A stretch of 64,000 bases of DNA from Verrucomicrobiota bacterium (GCA_021413925.1 JAIOPL010000015.1:41409-105408); one strand, 5' to 3'; shown: positions 36,252-46,899, numbered from the stretch's first letter. Numbers and translations are program-made. Notes: a model not told the origin generated them from the letters alone.

Positions 36252-39200
36252 TTATCCGACAGCCCGTGTTTTTACGTCATCAAGGATTGAAATAATCTGG
36301 TCAACCTGTGCTGGTTGAAAAACTCCATCCACGCCAAGGGGATTAAAATCAGTATAAGGTGATTCATACAGGCGACCTGCATCCATGATTCCATGTTCAG
36401 TCAGGTGATTCACTATCTCATCCAGAAACTCGATCTGGTTGGCCGTAAGGGCCTGCGTTGAGACAAAGGAATCCAATGCCCCTTTTGCCGCCTCACGATC
36501 CATGCCGACCAGTGAGCGAACAAAAATGCCGAGGCCATGGTTTTCCGCTTTGGCCTTCGCTACATCGGCAGCAGTCCCAATTCCATTCTCGGTCAAGATG
36601 CGCTCCAGCTCACAAAGATCAGAGGCCGTGAGCGGTTCATTGGTCCTCAGCTTGTGGATGGTAATGTGATCCTCATGCTCTCTCAGGAATCGCCTGGCCT
36701 TTTCACGGAAGCGTTCAAAATCCTGCCCCCCGACGACCCCTGGCAGCTCAATCGGCTTCTCTTCGCCCTTCTCATCCTCGAAGTCCGTATAGATCGGCTT
36801 CCGGTTCTTCTTTTCGATGAGCTTAATGAGCAACCGAAGGCGCTTCCTGACATTTTCCAGCAAAGGCACGGTGACATGCTCCCAGTATTCCTCCGTCTGG
36901 ATCTGTTCGATCAGGACCATATGATCCCGTACCATCGGGATGCTTTCCTTCTCTTCAAGTAGCCCCGCTATGGCGATGACTTGATCTCGAAGACGTATAA
37001 AGCCTGGCCCCGTCGTGAGAACCGCCAGCTGGAGATTCAGGATCAACAGATCAAAGCGTTTGGCCTCCTCCTCGTCTGTTTCGATTTCTGATGGAAGTCC
37101 CGCAACCTGACGAGCCAGTTCCTCACCCTGTTCATTCGTGAGGACATCCCAGGAGCTAGGTTCCACATACTTCTCGATCAACCTCCGCTTGGGCCGCACC
37201 ACAAAATTCTCCAGATTCATTCCACTCACCTCCTCATGGAGCAGACCAGCGGTTTCCTTCCGCAGTTCCTCCAGGGCGGTGTTACCCTCCTTGCCGCGAA
37301 CCTCGGCACCGATCTTTTCATCGAGCTCAGCAATTATCTGAAGGCGCTTCACAAAGAGTTTCTTACCGAGCGAAGGAGCAACATTGCCCTCGGTGGCTTC
37401 AGGATTCTGACTGAAGAACTCTAGGTTCTGGCAAAAGTCGAAGATGTAGAAGAACTCCTTGTTCTGCCCGGGTCCGAAAAGATCAGGGCAGAGTCGCGTT
37501 CCTCGACCAATCATCTGCCAGAATTTCGTCTTCGAGCGCACGAGCTTGAAGAAAACGACATTTAGCACTTCTGGGACATCGATTCCGGTGTCGAGCATGT
37601 CTACCGAGATAGCGATATGGGGTGCGCCATCTTTGACGGAGAAGTCCTCGATCAGATCCTGAGCATACTCCGTCTTAAAGGTAATCACCCTGGCGAACTC
37701 TCCCCTGTAGTGTGGGTAGTTGGCATTAAAGCGCTCCCCGATGAACTCAGCATGGGCCTGATTCTTGGCAAAGATGATCGTTTTCCCTAGCCGGTCGCCA
37801 CCAGCCACCTTCTGACCATGGGTCATCAGGTGCTCCAGCACTTTATCGACTGTGTCCTTGTTGAAGAGCCACTTGTTCACCATCTCAGCCTCCACTCGGG
37901 CTGGAGTGTTCCCCTCCTCATCCCACTCTAGGGCATCCCATGCCTCCTTCTCCTCCTCAGAGAGATCATCGTAGGAGATTCCCTCTCTTTGGAACTTCAG
38001 CGGCACTGAGACCGCCTTGGGCGGCACCAAATAGCCATCCTTCACTGCTTCCTCGAGAGGGTAGGCATCCGTGGGAACTCCATTCTCCAACTCAAACAGA
38101 CTGTAGGTATTCCGATCCACCTCATCCTTTGGCGTCGCAGTCAGTCCGACCAAAAGAGAGTCAAAGTAGTCGAAGATCGCCCTGTATTTCTGGAAGACCG
38201 AGCGATGCGCCTCATCGATGATGATCAGGTCAAAGTGCCCTGGGCCAAATCGTCGCTGACCATCCTTCGTCTCATCTATCAGACCCATCATCGTCGGATA
38301 GGTCGACACATAGACGCGGCCCTCCGTCTCCTTCTCGGTCACGAGATTCACGGGCGCAGAGTCGGGCAGATATGCCTTGAAGGCATTCACAGCCTGCTTC
38401 ACCAGAGCGATACGATCGGCTAGGAAGAGAACCCTTTTCGCCCAGTTGCAGCGCATCAGGAGATCCGAAAGAGCAATCACTGTACGAGTCTTGCCTGCCC
38501 CAGTGGCCATAACGATAAGGGCCTTGCGATCATGATCCTTTTGGAAGGCATCACCGATACGTCGGATGGCCCTCTCCTGATAGTAGCGCTCGACGATCCC
38601 CTTGTTAATCTCGGTCCCAGCAAGCGGCTTCCTTGAGGATCGGCGCTGAATCATCAGCTCCAGCTCATCCTTCTTGTAAAAGCCCTGCACAGGTCTCGGA
38701 GGATAGCTCGTGTCATCCCAGATCCAGTGTTCATAGCCATTGGTGTAGAAAATGACCGGCCTGCGCCCATACATCGCCTCCAGACAGTCGGCATAGAGCT
38801 TCGCCTGTTGCTGGCCGACACGGGGATCGCGCTTCGTCCGCTTGGCCTCTACGACGGCGAGAGGGAGCCCGTCATCTCCCCAGAGGACATAATCGACGAA
38901 TCCCTCACTCTTCTCATTGGGCATCCCTGTCACAGGAAACTCCCGATCACGCTCCTGATCGAGAGCCCATCCGGATTCCTTCAGCAGCAGATCGATGAAG
39001 TAGTCCCGAGTCTCTGCTTCCGAGTAGTCGTGATCATCCTCCTGTTTGGCATTTGCCCTCCTGGCTTCCGCGACCTCAGCCCGGAGACGCTTGAGTTCAT
39101 CATCGAGCCCTGCACGCTCCTCCAAGAGGGTTGAGAGTTTCTCATCCTTTTGCTTCAGATCCGATTCCAGCTTCTGAAGTTGTTCAGGATTCTGGGGCTC

Positions 39201-39647
39201 AGCTCCTGAGACTGCGGCAGCCTTCGGTAGCAGCTCCGGATTGAATGCAAGATCCGCAGCAGGCTTCGATCCCTTCCCATATGTCTGGACCAGCCAGTAG
39301 CTCAGATGAAAGAGTTCCTTCACCGCCATCAGGGCATCGTACTGCCGGATTGGTTTATGGCTGTGGACTGCTAGGTTGCCGACTTCCCTGATCAGTTGCA
39401 CCTTGGCAAAGATCATTGGGCCAACTGTATTCCGGAAGCTCGGCTCATGAATCAGAGCGCTGAGATTTTCCTGATAGGGCAGCTTCAGATCCCCATCGTT
39501 CTTGTAGATCCAGTGGACTGCGAGTTCCAGTGACCTCCTCGCATAGAAGCAGGCCGCCCTCGGGTCGGGATAGACCAATGACTCTGACTTAGACGCTGCG
39601 TCCTGCAGAGCAGTCCATTCTGTGGCTAGGAAGGAGAATTGGCTCAT
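36252..39647 (-). CDS. hsdR: Type I restriction enzyme R subunit (N-terminal DUF4145-like, HSDR_N, SF2 helicase, EcoEI-type C-terminus)
   Basis: IREVGNLAVHS is DUF4145-like. EAETRDYFIDLLLKESGW is HSDR_N. Helicase motifs MATGAGKT and IIIDEAHRS. C-terminal LTANQIEFLDEIVNHLTEHG. Confidence 0.9.
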   Translation of the reverse strand: MSQFSFLATEWTALQDAASKSESLVYPDPRAACFYARRSLELAVHWIYKNDGDLKLPYQENLSALIHEPSFRNTVGPMIFAKVQLIREVGNLAVHSHKPIRQYDALMAVKELFHLSYWLVQTYGKGSKPAADLAFNPELLPKAAAVSGAEPQNPEQLQKLESDLKQKDEKLSTLLEERAGLDDELKRLRAEVAEARRANAKQEDDHDYSEAETRDYFIDLLLKESGWALDQERDREFPVTGMPNEKSEGFVDYVLWGDDGLPLAVVEAKRTKRDPRVGQQQAKLYADCLEAMYGRRPVIFYTNGYEHWIWDDTSYPPRPVQGFYKKDELELMIQRRSSRKPLAGTEINKGIVERYYQERAIRRIGDAFQKDHDRKALIVMATGAGKTRTVIALSDLLMRCNWAKRVLFLADRIALVKQAVNAFKAYLPDSAPVNLVTEKETEGRVYVSTYPTMMGLIDETKDGQRRFGPGHFDLIIIDEAHRSVFQKYRAIFDYFDSLLVGLTATPKDEVDRNTYSLFELENGVPTDAYPLEEAVKDGYLVPPKAVSVPLKFQREGISYDDLSEEEKEAWDALEWDEEGNTPARVEAEMVNKWLFNKDTVDKVLEHLMTHGQKVAGGDRLGKTIIFAKNQAHAEFIGERFNANYPHYRGEFARVITFKTEYAQDLIEDFSVKDGAPHIAISVDMLDTGIDVPEVLNVVFFKLVRSKTKFWQMIGRGTRLCPDLFGPGQNKEFFYIFDFCQNLEFFSQNPEATEGNVAPSLGKKLFVKRLQIIAELDEKIGAEVRGKEGNTALEELRKETAGLLHEEVSGMNLENFVVRPKRRLIEKYVEPSSWDVLTNEQGEELARQVAGLPSEIETDEEEAKRFDLLILNLQLAVLTTGPGFIRLRDQVIAIAGLLEEKESIPMVRDHMVLIEQIQTEEYWEHVTVPLLENVRKRLRLLIKLIEKKNRKPIYTDFEDEKGEEKPIELPGVVGGQDFERFREKARRFLREHEDHITIHKLRTNEPLTASDLCELERILTENGIGTAADVAKAKAENHGLGIFVRSLVGMDREAAKGALDSFVSTQALTANQIEFLDEIVNHLTEHGIMDAGRLYESPYTDFNPLGVDGVFQPAQVDQIISILDDVKTRAVG

Positions 39648-39662
39648 GGGAAGGGTCTTTTT

Positions 39663-40466
39663 CTAGGTCCTAATTTTGGGAACTTTTACAACGACATCCA
39701 GCTTTCTGTGGATGAGGGATATCAGCGATAGGTAATCAGCCGCATCATCCTCACCCTCCCAAAGTATCTTTGGCTCATGAGCCAAAGGGTTTCTTACTGC
39801 GGCAAAACAGCCTTTAATTAAAGCGGCAAAACCCTTGTGTTCCGATTGTTCCGTCTCAGTCCGAAGGGAATTGATTGCTAAAATCGGGGAGTCAATGGAG
39901 AAGACGACATCAATGAGCTTGGCCCCGTCATAATGGAATCCTGAAAGGTCTCTGATACGCTGAGCGAGCCCCTTTGACGCCTCAAAAACGGCATGAAAAT
40001 AGTTCTCTTGCAAAAGTTCTGCCTGACAGTACTTCAGCACCTCTGCATGGATCTTTCTTCCTTCAAACTTTGTGCGTATCGTGCGAGCTCTTTTCTCGGC
40101 TTCATCAAGGGTGCGTGCAGTGTCGCATTTCCTCATCTTTCCATCTTTCCCATATTCTAACCCAGAGAAGGAAAGAAGTGCGTTTAGCTGCTGCCGATGG
40201 GATTCAAACTCTTCATTGCGCCCAATAAACCGCGCAGGGATTAGGAAGGATTGGATAAAATCGATAATCTTGTTGGCGCAGGCATGCTGATGCTGGGTTT
40301 TAAGAAATACCCAATAAATCCTACGCCATTTTGTTGATTCACCCGACAAGTCTTCAAGACTGCGATCCTGGAAAACACGGGTGATGTCGGTTCCTGAACC
40401 ACAATTACCGAGTAGTTTGGCAAGGCCCTCAATCTGGCCTTCGGGAAATGGCGGGATCTTACTCAT
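39663..40466 (-). CDS. TIGR02391/Abi_C-like protein with Rx4H (HEPN-type) motif
   Basis: The C-terminal half FHAVFEASKGLAQRIRDL...GFAALIKGCFAAVRNPLAHEP matches the TIGR02391 pattern. That family is documented as associating with restriction loci. Confidence 0.65.
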   Translation of the reverse strand: MSKIPPFPEGQIEGLAKLLGNCGSGTDITRVFQDRSLEDLSGESTKWRRIYWVFLKTQHQHACANKIIDFIQSFLIPARFIGRNEEFESHRQQLNALLSFSGLEYGKDGKMRKCDTARTLDEAEKRARTIRTKFEGRKIHAEVLKYCQAELLQENYFHAVFEASKGLAQRIRDLSGFHYDGAKLIDVVFSIDSPILAINSLRTETEQSEHKGFAALIKGCFAAVRNPLAHEPKILWEGEDDAADYLSLISLIHRKLDVVVKVPKIRT

Positions 40467-40566
40467 GATAACGCCTTTGATTTAGGAAATCGGTGGTGAC
40501 GAGCTTGGATTTCTTGTTTTGGGACATAGAGGGAGAATCAATCAATTGTGAACAGAGGATGGTCAA

Positions 40567-43500
40567 TCAACCAAGCTCTCCAGAATCGCCCGGCTTGGGA
40601 TCAAGATTCTGGAACTCGAATCGCGCTAGGTTGATTAACACGGATTGTACCTCCACGGCCTGCTTTTTGGCATCCTCACTAGAAGCGAGACCATTGCGTA
40701 GAATCATTTTGATCTCCTCATCCATTCCCCACCAGTAAGGGATCTCTTTTTCTCTATTCTTGTCTGGAAAGACAATTCTATGGAAGCAGTCCATAGCCAC
40801 CTCCGGATAGTTGGCTGAGTATTCGGCCAGCGGCTTGATCACCATGAAGTCATGGCCATCGCCGATGAACGGGCGCAAAATCAGAACTCTTTGAAGAATC
40901 TTCACCGTCCACTCGGCATCCAGCTGCTGGGCGTCCACCCAGGTCCAGAAGCCCTCCAACTCTACAAGTTGGTCGCTTTTGATTCCGGATTGTTCCAGTT
41001 CTCTCAACCGCCACTCCATGAGATTACAAAAACGCTCTTGGACATCATTAGGGACCCCCTCTTTGGTGGTTCTCATACTCCTGCCGATAAAAGTGAGCAG
41101 GTGAGCCTTAAGAGCGACCGTCCCATTCTTGTAGAACCGATCTAGTAGATTGCCTGATGCATCTGGTTGATCAGGAAGGGGAAGATTTCCCCACCAGTAG
41201 TAAGCGGCCAGATGGTGGACGAGACCCTCGCCGGGATCCCACTGACGGGAATCCTTTTCACGAGGATCCTGAGAGATCGATCTGATTGCTCTGACATACT
41301 CTTTCCCAAGAGCCTCAAACGCAGTTTTCGTGGCCCCCTGCATCGTGACGAAGCAGCTCCAGACAGCATTCCTCTCTGCTACACGATCAGCAGGGAAGAG
41401 ATCATCGAGGTGCGTCTCCACCCATTCACGATGGAAATGGAGGAGCATGCCCATCTTTTCTCCGTAGATTCCACGGCCAGCCAGCGTCGGCTCCGCCCTG
41501 AGACGCGCTTCCAGAAGCTCAAGCACGCGCTTCTTCAAGTCATCCCTCTGTGCCCCATCCTCAGAATGAAGAACTCGATCCAGGTCAAAGAGAGCACGCA
41601 TAGCCACCAACCGCGTTGTATTCAGCGATGTCATGGCCAGCTCTCCTGGTGACTCCGTATCCTTTCCATCCTTCTCGGGATCCGGATGTTGTAGGAGCAG
41701 GGCGATACAGCCCAGCAACTGATCCCATGCAGTGCTTGGGAAGTTGACCTCCTTCTTGGAGATCGCTCCTTCCAGACCTCTGGCAATCTCGATTCCCAGG
41801 TTGCGATTCTCAGAGCCAGCCAGCTTCAGGATCACCCCATGGATGGCCCATGCAGTTTCTGTGAGCAGTGAAGACCAATCCAGCGGAGTGCCAGCGAAGG
41901 CTGCCTCGAAGCATCCTTGCAAGATGCTCAGATACCGATCAACAGAGAGACGCTCGTGATCGGATAGGATACGATACTTTTGAATGTCTTTGAGAAAAAA
42001 CTCAGGCTGCTTGAGAGCAGCACTTTTCAGAGCCCCCTGCAGACCCCACTCATCAACCTCATCAAGGTGCTGTTTCTGCTTCCATGCCCTGATTTCAGAA
42101 AGGACCCAATCGTTCGGCTCAGTGAGAATGGTTTCTACCGTAAACGGACTTTCATTCGGCATGATTTGCACATCGCTCTTCCAAGACCTAAAGGCTGGAT
42201 GCCCTGGAGTCTTGAAATGCTCATGCAATTCATTGAATCGTTCCTGCCATTGTTCGGGCAGTTTCCCATTCAGGAGAGAGAGTTGCTGATATTGCCAGTA
42301 ACGTTTCCAGATATCGAGAGTTTCCTCGTCGGGAGGGGCTCCCTCGTGGTCCTGCATGTAATATTCAATGCGAGTAGAGAGATCAGGCCCTCCCTCGATC
42401 CATCCTAAAATCCTATTTTTGTCTTCTTCGACGAGACTGTCGAATTTCTCCTCGAGCATGACGAACCACTCGTGAGGGTTATCCGCTCCCAAAACAGCAC
42501 CTGCATCCAATTCATTGTTAACCTGTTGGATTGCCCCAAATTCCCGAATTAGATGGAGATTCAATCGCTTAAAAATCAGCCAAGGGAAGGCCTTTAATAT
42601 TTCAACTGCTTCATTTAATCGCGCAGGCCGTCCTGATATAACTCTTTCAGATAAGTCGCGGATTCCTATTACGAGATATTCCCTGTGGTCGTAGTCTCGA
42701 AGCTGATCACTAGGCTCTACGGAACCCATCCATATTTCTGAGTAATCATCCCACTTTCTGTCTTCAGAACCTTTATTTACGCCTGAATGAGTGATCGCAT
42801 CCGATAAGAGATCACAGTAAATCTTCAGGAGATTCAGTACATCATCAGGCTGAACCTTCAGAGTTATTTCAGAAACTAAAGATTTGTAATCATATAGATC
42901 CCATATCGAATCGGTTTTTGATATTCTAACAAGTTGATCGAGATCACTTTGAGTATCTGAATCAGAATTTTCCTCTAATTCAAAGTCGAGACGTAGTACT
43001 GCGAGAATTAGATCCGCGACATCTTTGGTGAGACCACTTGAGATCAGATGAGCAATAAAGTTTTGGTATGATAAATGGGATCGCCCAGGATTTCTTTCTT
43101 TCAACCATGCTTTTGCATAGGAGATAAAGTCCGTAGCTAGATTGATTGGAAGTTGGCTTGCAATACCTAGCAGCCTCTGCTGGATGAATGGCGTTGCCCT
43201 CGTTGCTAGCTTCAGAGCAGCTTTCTGTGCTGGATCAGGCGTTTCGACTACAAACTTTTCCAAGAAAAAAACTTCGGGAAGTAGTGGGTTTGGTGAATCT
43301 GGATTAGGACCATATCTTTCCCCAACATCAAACCACCCGTTTTCCAAGAGAATATGAACCCACTTACTATCAGTAATGCATTCAAAGAAGAATACGCGCT
43401 CTGCCCATTGATCAAAAAGAAGATAGATTGCCTCTAATGTATCCCTTGATGGCAGAAATGTTAGTTCTACAATAGTTTTTATCTCATTAAACTTAGCAGG

Positions 43501-44118
43501 TTCATTGGGCCGAAGATATTTTAGAAGAATATTTTCAAGGCTCTCAATTTGTTTATTTAGTGGAAACCTAGATGCCCTAGACTTATGATGAGCATAATCA
43601 GTAAACCGATCATAGAGCTCCTTCCAACTGTTTATATCATCCTCAAACGAGGCTGGCTTAGGACGACTTTTCTGTAGTTTCCTGAGAGTTTTTTCAGCTT
43701 TGGCCAACTTCGGCCCTCGTTCGTTATCAATCCACGTACAAAAATCAAGGAATGAAGAAATAAAGCCTGATAGTATATTGCTATCTAAGTCTTTAAATGA
43801 AGGTTTCTTTTCAAGAAAATAGCTTTCATATTCACTTCGCAGGTTGTTTTCAACATATTGCCCCATGCTAATTCCTCCGCCTTCTCTTCCGATCCAGAAG
43901 TTAGCTTTCTCTATGACTTCCCGAAATCCATGGGCTGATAATGCTTCAAAATCAGAGCATTTGCTAAAACTAACCTCCAATGCCCCTCGATATATATGTG
44001 CTATTCTATTATCATGGTGACTCAATAAATTGAAAACTAATAGAGTTTTCCCTTCTAGTGAAAATTTTCTGGCTCCATCAGTATTACTATCTCCAAAGTC
44101 TGAGGGTTCAAAACTCAT
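40567..44118 (-). CDS. Large (1183 aa) predominantly alpha-helical protein of unknown function embedded in the type I R-M operon
   Basis: Uninterrupted ORF with a 4-nt overlap onto the hsdS stop. No Walker, nuclease or other catalytic motif is recognisable. The Trp/Leu-rich periodic sequence suggests a helical-repeat architecture. The 5' third is more AT-rich. Confidence 0.7.
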   Translation of the reverse strand: MSFEPSDFGDSNTDGARKFSLEGKTLLVFNLLSHHDNRIAHIYRGALEVSFSKCSDFEALSAHGFREVIEKANFWIGREGGGISMGQYVENNLRSEYESYFLEKKPSFKDLDSNILSGFISSFLDFCTWIDNERGPKLAKAEKTLRKLQKSRPKPASFEDDINSWKELYDRFTDYAHHKSRASRFPLNKQIESLENILLKYLRPNEPAKFNEIKTIVELTFLPSRDTLEAIYLLFDQWAERVFFFECITDSKWVHILLENGWFDVGERYGPNPDSPNPLLPEVFFLEKFVVETPDPAQKAALKLATRATPFIQQRLLGIASQLPINLATDFISYAKAWLKERNPGRSHLSYQNFIAHLISSGLTKDVADLILAVLRLDFELEENSDSDTQSDLDQLVRISKTDSIWDLYDYKSLVSEITLKVQPDDVLNLLKIYCDLLSDAITHSGVNKGSEDRKWDDYSEIWMGSVEPSDQLRDYDHREYLVIGIRDLSERVISGRPARLNEAVEILKAFPWLIFKRLNLHLIREFGAIQQVNNELDAGAVLGADNPHEWFVMLEEKFDSLVEEDKNRILGWIEGGPDLSTRIEYYMQDHEGAPPDEETLDIWKRYWQYQQLSLLNGKLPEQWQERFNELHEHFKTPGHPAFRSWKSDVQIMPNESPFTVETILTEPNDWVLSEIRAWKQKQHLDEVDEWGLQGALKSAALKQPEFFLKDIQKYRILSDHERLSVDRYLSILQGCFEAAFAGTPLDWSSLLTETAWAIHGVILKLAGSENRNLGIEIARGLEGAISKKEVNFPSTAWDQLLGCIALLLQHPDPEKDGKDTESPGELAMTSLNTTRLVAMRALFDLDRVLHSEDGAQRDDLKKRVLELLEARLRAEPTLAGRGIYGEKMGMLLHFHREWVETHLDDLFPADRVAERNAVWSCFVTMQGATKTAFEALGKEYVRAIRSISQDPREKDSRQWDPGEGLVHHLAAYYWWGNLPLPDQPDASGNLLDRFYKNGTVALKAHLLTFIGRSMRTTKEGVPNDVQERFCNLMEWRLRELEQSGIKSDQLVELEGFWTWVDAQQLDAEWTVKILQRVLILRPFIGDGHDFMVIKPLAEYSANYPEVAMDCFHRIVFPDKNREKEIPYWWGMDEEIKMILRNGLASSEDAKKQAVEVQSVLINLARFEFQNLDPKPGDSGELG

Positions 44119-45311
44119 AACTTCCCTGAGAAAGCCCTGTGCTGAAGTGAGGCGAAGAGGGTGTCGAGTTCAACCAGGGAGGCGCGTTGGGTAGATTTGA
44201 GCTTTTTAACGGTAGTAACTCGATTGGCGAATTTGCGCTGCAACTCGATTGGTGGAACTGGAATAAGAAACGACCGAATATCGTCAAAGTTCAATCCAGC
44301 TTTCACTGCATGCCGATTCCTCCCAAATACTTGACGCTCACCAGCGGGAGAAGCGAAGTATGCAGAGAGAAATCGTGGAACGAGTGCTTTGCTTCTCAGA
44401 ATCGAAAGATGCTGATTGATGTATGCAGTTCCAAGACCTTCAGGAACGACTGCCGTGCGGCCTAAATCAGCGGTGATGCTTAAAAGAACGTCTCCAGTCT
44501 GAACTCTGGTCCGTTTTGCTTCGGCAGTATCAGGTGCTTTGACAAAGGCAATGTCATCTAGAAGGAGATGATCTCTCCGGACATTTTGGATGCGAAGAAA
44601 TAGATCGCCGGACTCAGAATAGTATTCTGCCCATCCACGAGAACCGCTCGTTAGAAATTCAAGTAACTCCCCCAACTTCTTGGTTGGCCATTTCTCTAAA
44701 ATCGAGGAGGGATCCCCAAACATCTCCAGAAAGATGGATTGGGTTAGGGTGTCGAGTTGGGCGAGAGCGGCGCGGCGCTTGGCTCGAACTTCCTCAGCCT
44801 TATCTAGCACCTCGGCAATACGCTTCTGCTCTTCCAACGGAGGCAGGGGGATTAGCAGTTTCAGGCAACGGTCAAAATTGAGATTTGATATGTTGGTAGT
44901 CTTTTGACCAAAGCTTCTCAAAAGAGCCTGAATCTTTCCCGAAGCAAACCAATGATAGAGATATCGGTTGAATACTTTTCCTTTCTTTCCCCTAAGGACA
45001 GAAATGAAACCTCCAAAGCTAGCACGGTAAGGCAACTGAGGTATCCAGCAGCATTTCCCGACTAGGTTCCAACTGTTTGCACTCGACACAAGAATGTCGC
45101 CGCACTGAAGCATTTGCTCCTCTCTTCTCACAAAAACCTCCCCCACTGCCCATACGTCCGAGAGATGTATTTCCGTCTGAACATTTTTTGTGCGCATACA
45201 CGCCACAGACCCTGGAGTATCCAAGGACACAACATCATCCGGCTTGAAATTGATACCTCGAATGAAGTCAGCAACCTCACCAAGCGCCACCATGGAGGGG
45301 GCTTTTGTCAT
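44115..45311 (-). CDS. hsdS: Type I restriction-modification specificity subunit
   Basis: Two TRD halves, each followed by the conserved helix IPLPPLEEQKRIAEVLDKAEE or IPVPPIELQRKFANRV. 4-nt overlap with hsdM. Confidence 0.9.
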   Translation of the reverse strand: MTKAPSMVALGEVADFIRGINFKPDDVVSLDTPGSVACMRTKNVQTEIHLSDVWAVGEVFVRREEQMLQCGDILVSSANSWNLVGKCCWIPQLPYRASFGGFISVLRGKKGKVFNRYLYHWFASGKIQALLRSFGQKTTNISNLNFDRCLKLLIPLPPLEEQKRIAEVLDKAEEVRAKRRAALAQLDTLTQSIFLEMFGDPSSILEKWPTKKLGELLEFLTSGSRGWAEYYSESGDLFLRIQNVRRDHLLLDDIAFVKAPDTAEAKRTRVQTGDVLLSITADLGRTAVVPEGLGTAYINQHLSILRSKALVPRFLSAYFASPAGERQVFGRNRHAVKAGLNFDDIRSFLIPVPPIELQRKFANRVTTVKKLKSTQRASLVELDTLFASLQHRAFSGKL

Positions 45312-46849
45312 GAGCCAATCATCTCCTCCAGTTCCTTCATCCCGAGGACGATTTCTTTCTCCAGCTCGGCGAGGCTGGCGATGATCTCCTTGGGTGGCTT
45401 GTGGGCCACCAACTCGTGGACGACTTCCTTGTAACGATTCAGCGAGAGGTCGTAGCCCTGGGCCGCGATGTCACCCTTTGGCACGCAGAAGCTCTGGGCC
45501 GTCCGGGGATTTCCTTTCTCTGATCCATCACGCTGGCTCCATCGGGTCAGGAGATCGGGGAGATTATTCTTGGGATGTTCCTCGGTGGAGAGCTGTTCCC
45601 GAGTGACGGAACCGAGCTTCTCAGAGGAGAGTAGTGGGGTGCGCTTGTCATCCAGGCTCCACCCATCAGCGGAGACATCATAGAACCAGACATGATCTGT
45701 GCCTCCGGAGTTTGTCTTGGTGAAGAGCAGGATCGCCGTGGAGACTCCGGCATAGGGCTTGAAAACACCTCCGGGGAGGGAGATGACGGCATCGAGCTTC
45801 TGCTCCTCGACCAGTAGGCGGCGGAGTTCTTTGTGGGCCTTCGACGAGCCGAAGAGGACTCCATCAGGAACGATGACGGCTGCGCGGCCTCCCGGCTTCA
45901 GCAGTCGGAGGAAGAGGATCATGAAGAGGAGCTCGGTCTTCTTGGTTTTGACAACTTGGAGGAGGTCTTTGGCACAGTTCTCGTAGTCGAGGGATCCGGC
46001 GAAAGGAGGATTAGCCAGAACGAGGGTGTATTTCTCCTCTTCCCCAGCATGATCCTGTCCGAGGGAGTCGCGGTAGCGGATGTCGGGATTCTCCACTCCG
46101 TGGAGCTGCATATTCATGCTGCCGATACGGAGCATGGTGTTGTCGAAATCGAACCCATGAAACATCCCCTCGTGAAAGTGCTTCCTTAGCGCGGTATCCC
46201 GCAGGATCTCGGGGTGGTGGTCACGGAGGTGCTCTCCCGCGGCCACGAGGAAGCCGCAGGTGCCGCTGGCTGGGTCGCAGATGACATCCTTCGCTGTAGG
46301 GGCCGTCAGCTCGACCATGAGCTGAATGATGTGGCGGGGTGTCCGGAACTGACCATTCCTGCCGGCCGAGGCGATCTTTCCGAGCATGTACTCGTAGAGA
46401 TCTCCCTTGGTATCCCGGTCCTCCATGGGGATGTGGTCGATCATGTCGACGACCTTGGCCAGTAGGGAGGCCTTCGGGATGGTGAAGCGGGCATCCTTCA
46501 TATGATGCGCGTAGGTGGAGCCATCTCCGCCGAGGTTGCGGAGGAAGGGGAAGACATGCTCACCGATCACCGCAAACATTTCTGCAGGGGCGAAGTTCCT
46601 GAACCGTGACCAACGCAGATCCTCATAGGAGCGTCCTTTGGGATCTTTCCCCTCGGGGAAAATACGTCTCTCAATCGACTTACCCAGGCGAGCCGCCTTG
46701 CTCTCCTCCAAAGTCTGAAGATCATCCAAGCGCTTCAGAAAGAGCAGGTAGGTGATCTGCTCGATGACCTCCAGGGGATTGGAGAGCCCACCTGTGGCAA
46801 ACTCATTCCAGATACGATCAACTTGATTGCGAATTTCCCCGGTCAGCAT
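45308..46849 (-). CDS. hsdM: Type I restriction-modification methylase subunit
   Basis: HsdM N-terminal pattern ITYLLFLKRLDD. Motif I is DPASGTCGFL. Motif IV is LANPPFAG. Confidence 0.92.
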   Translation of the reverse strand: MLTGEIRNQVDRIWNEFATGGLSNPLEVIEQITYLLFLKRLDDLQTLEESKAARLGKSIERRIFPEGKDPKGRSYEDLRWSRFRNFAPAEMFAVIGEHVFPFLRNLGGDGSTYAHHMKDARFTIPKASLLAKVVDMIDHIPMEDRDTKGDLYEYMLGKIASAGRNGQFRTPRHIIQLMVELTAPTAKDVICDPASGTCGFLVAAGEHLRDHHPEILRDTALRKHFHEGMFHGFDFDNTMLRIGSMNMQLHGVENPDIRYRDSLGQDHAGEEEKYTLVLANPPFAGSLDYENCAKDLLQVVKTKKTELLFMILFLRLLKPGGRAAVIVPDGVLFGSSKAHKELRRLLVEEQKLDAVISLPGGVFKPYAGVSTAILLFTKTNSGGTDHVWFYDVSADGWSLDDKRTPLLSSEKLGSVTREQLSTEEHPKNNLPDLLTRWSQRDGSEKGNPRTAQSFCVPKGDIAAQGYDLSLNRYKEVVHELVAHKPPKEIIASLAELEKEIVLGMKELEEMIGS

Positions 46850-46899
46850 GGTGTATGACAGATAGCGGTCAGAGTGGTAGGTGGCGAGGAGGGAATGGG

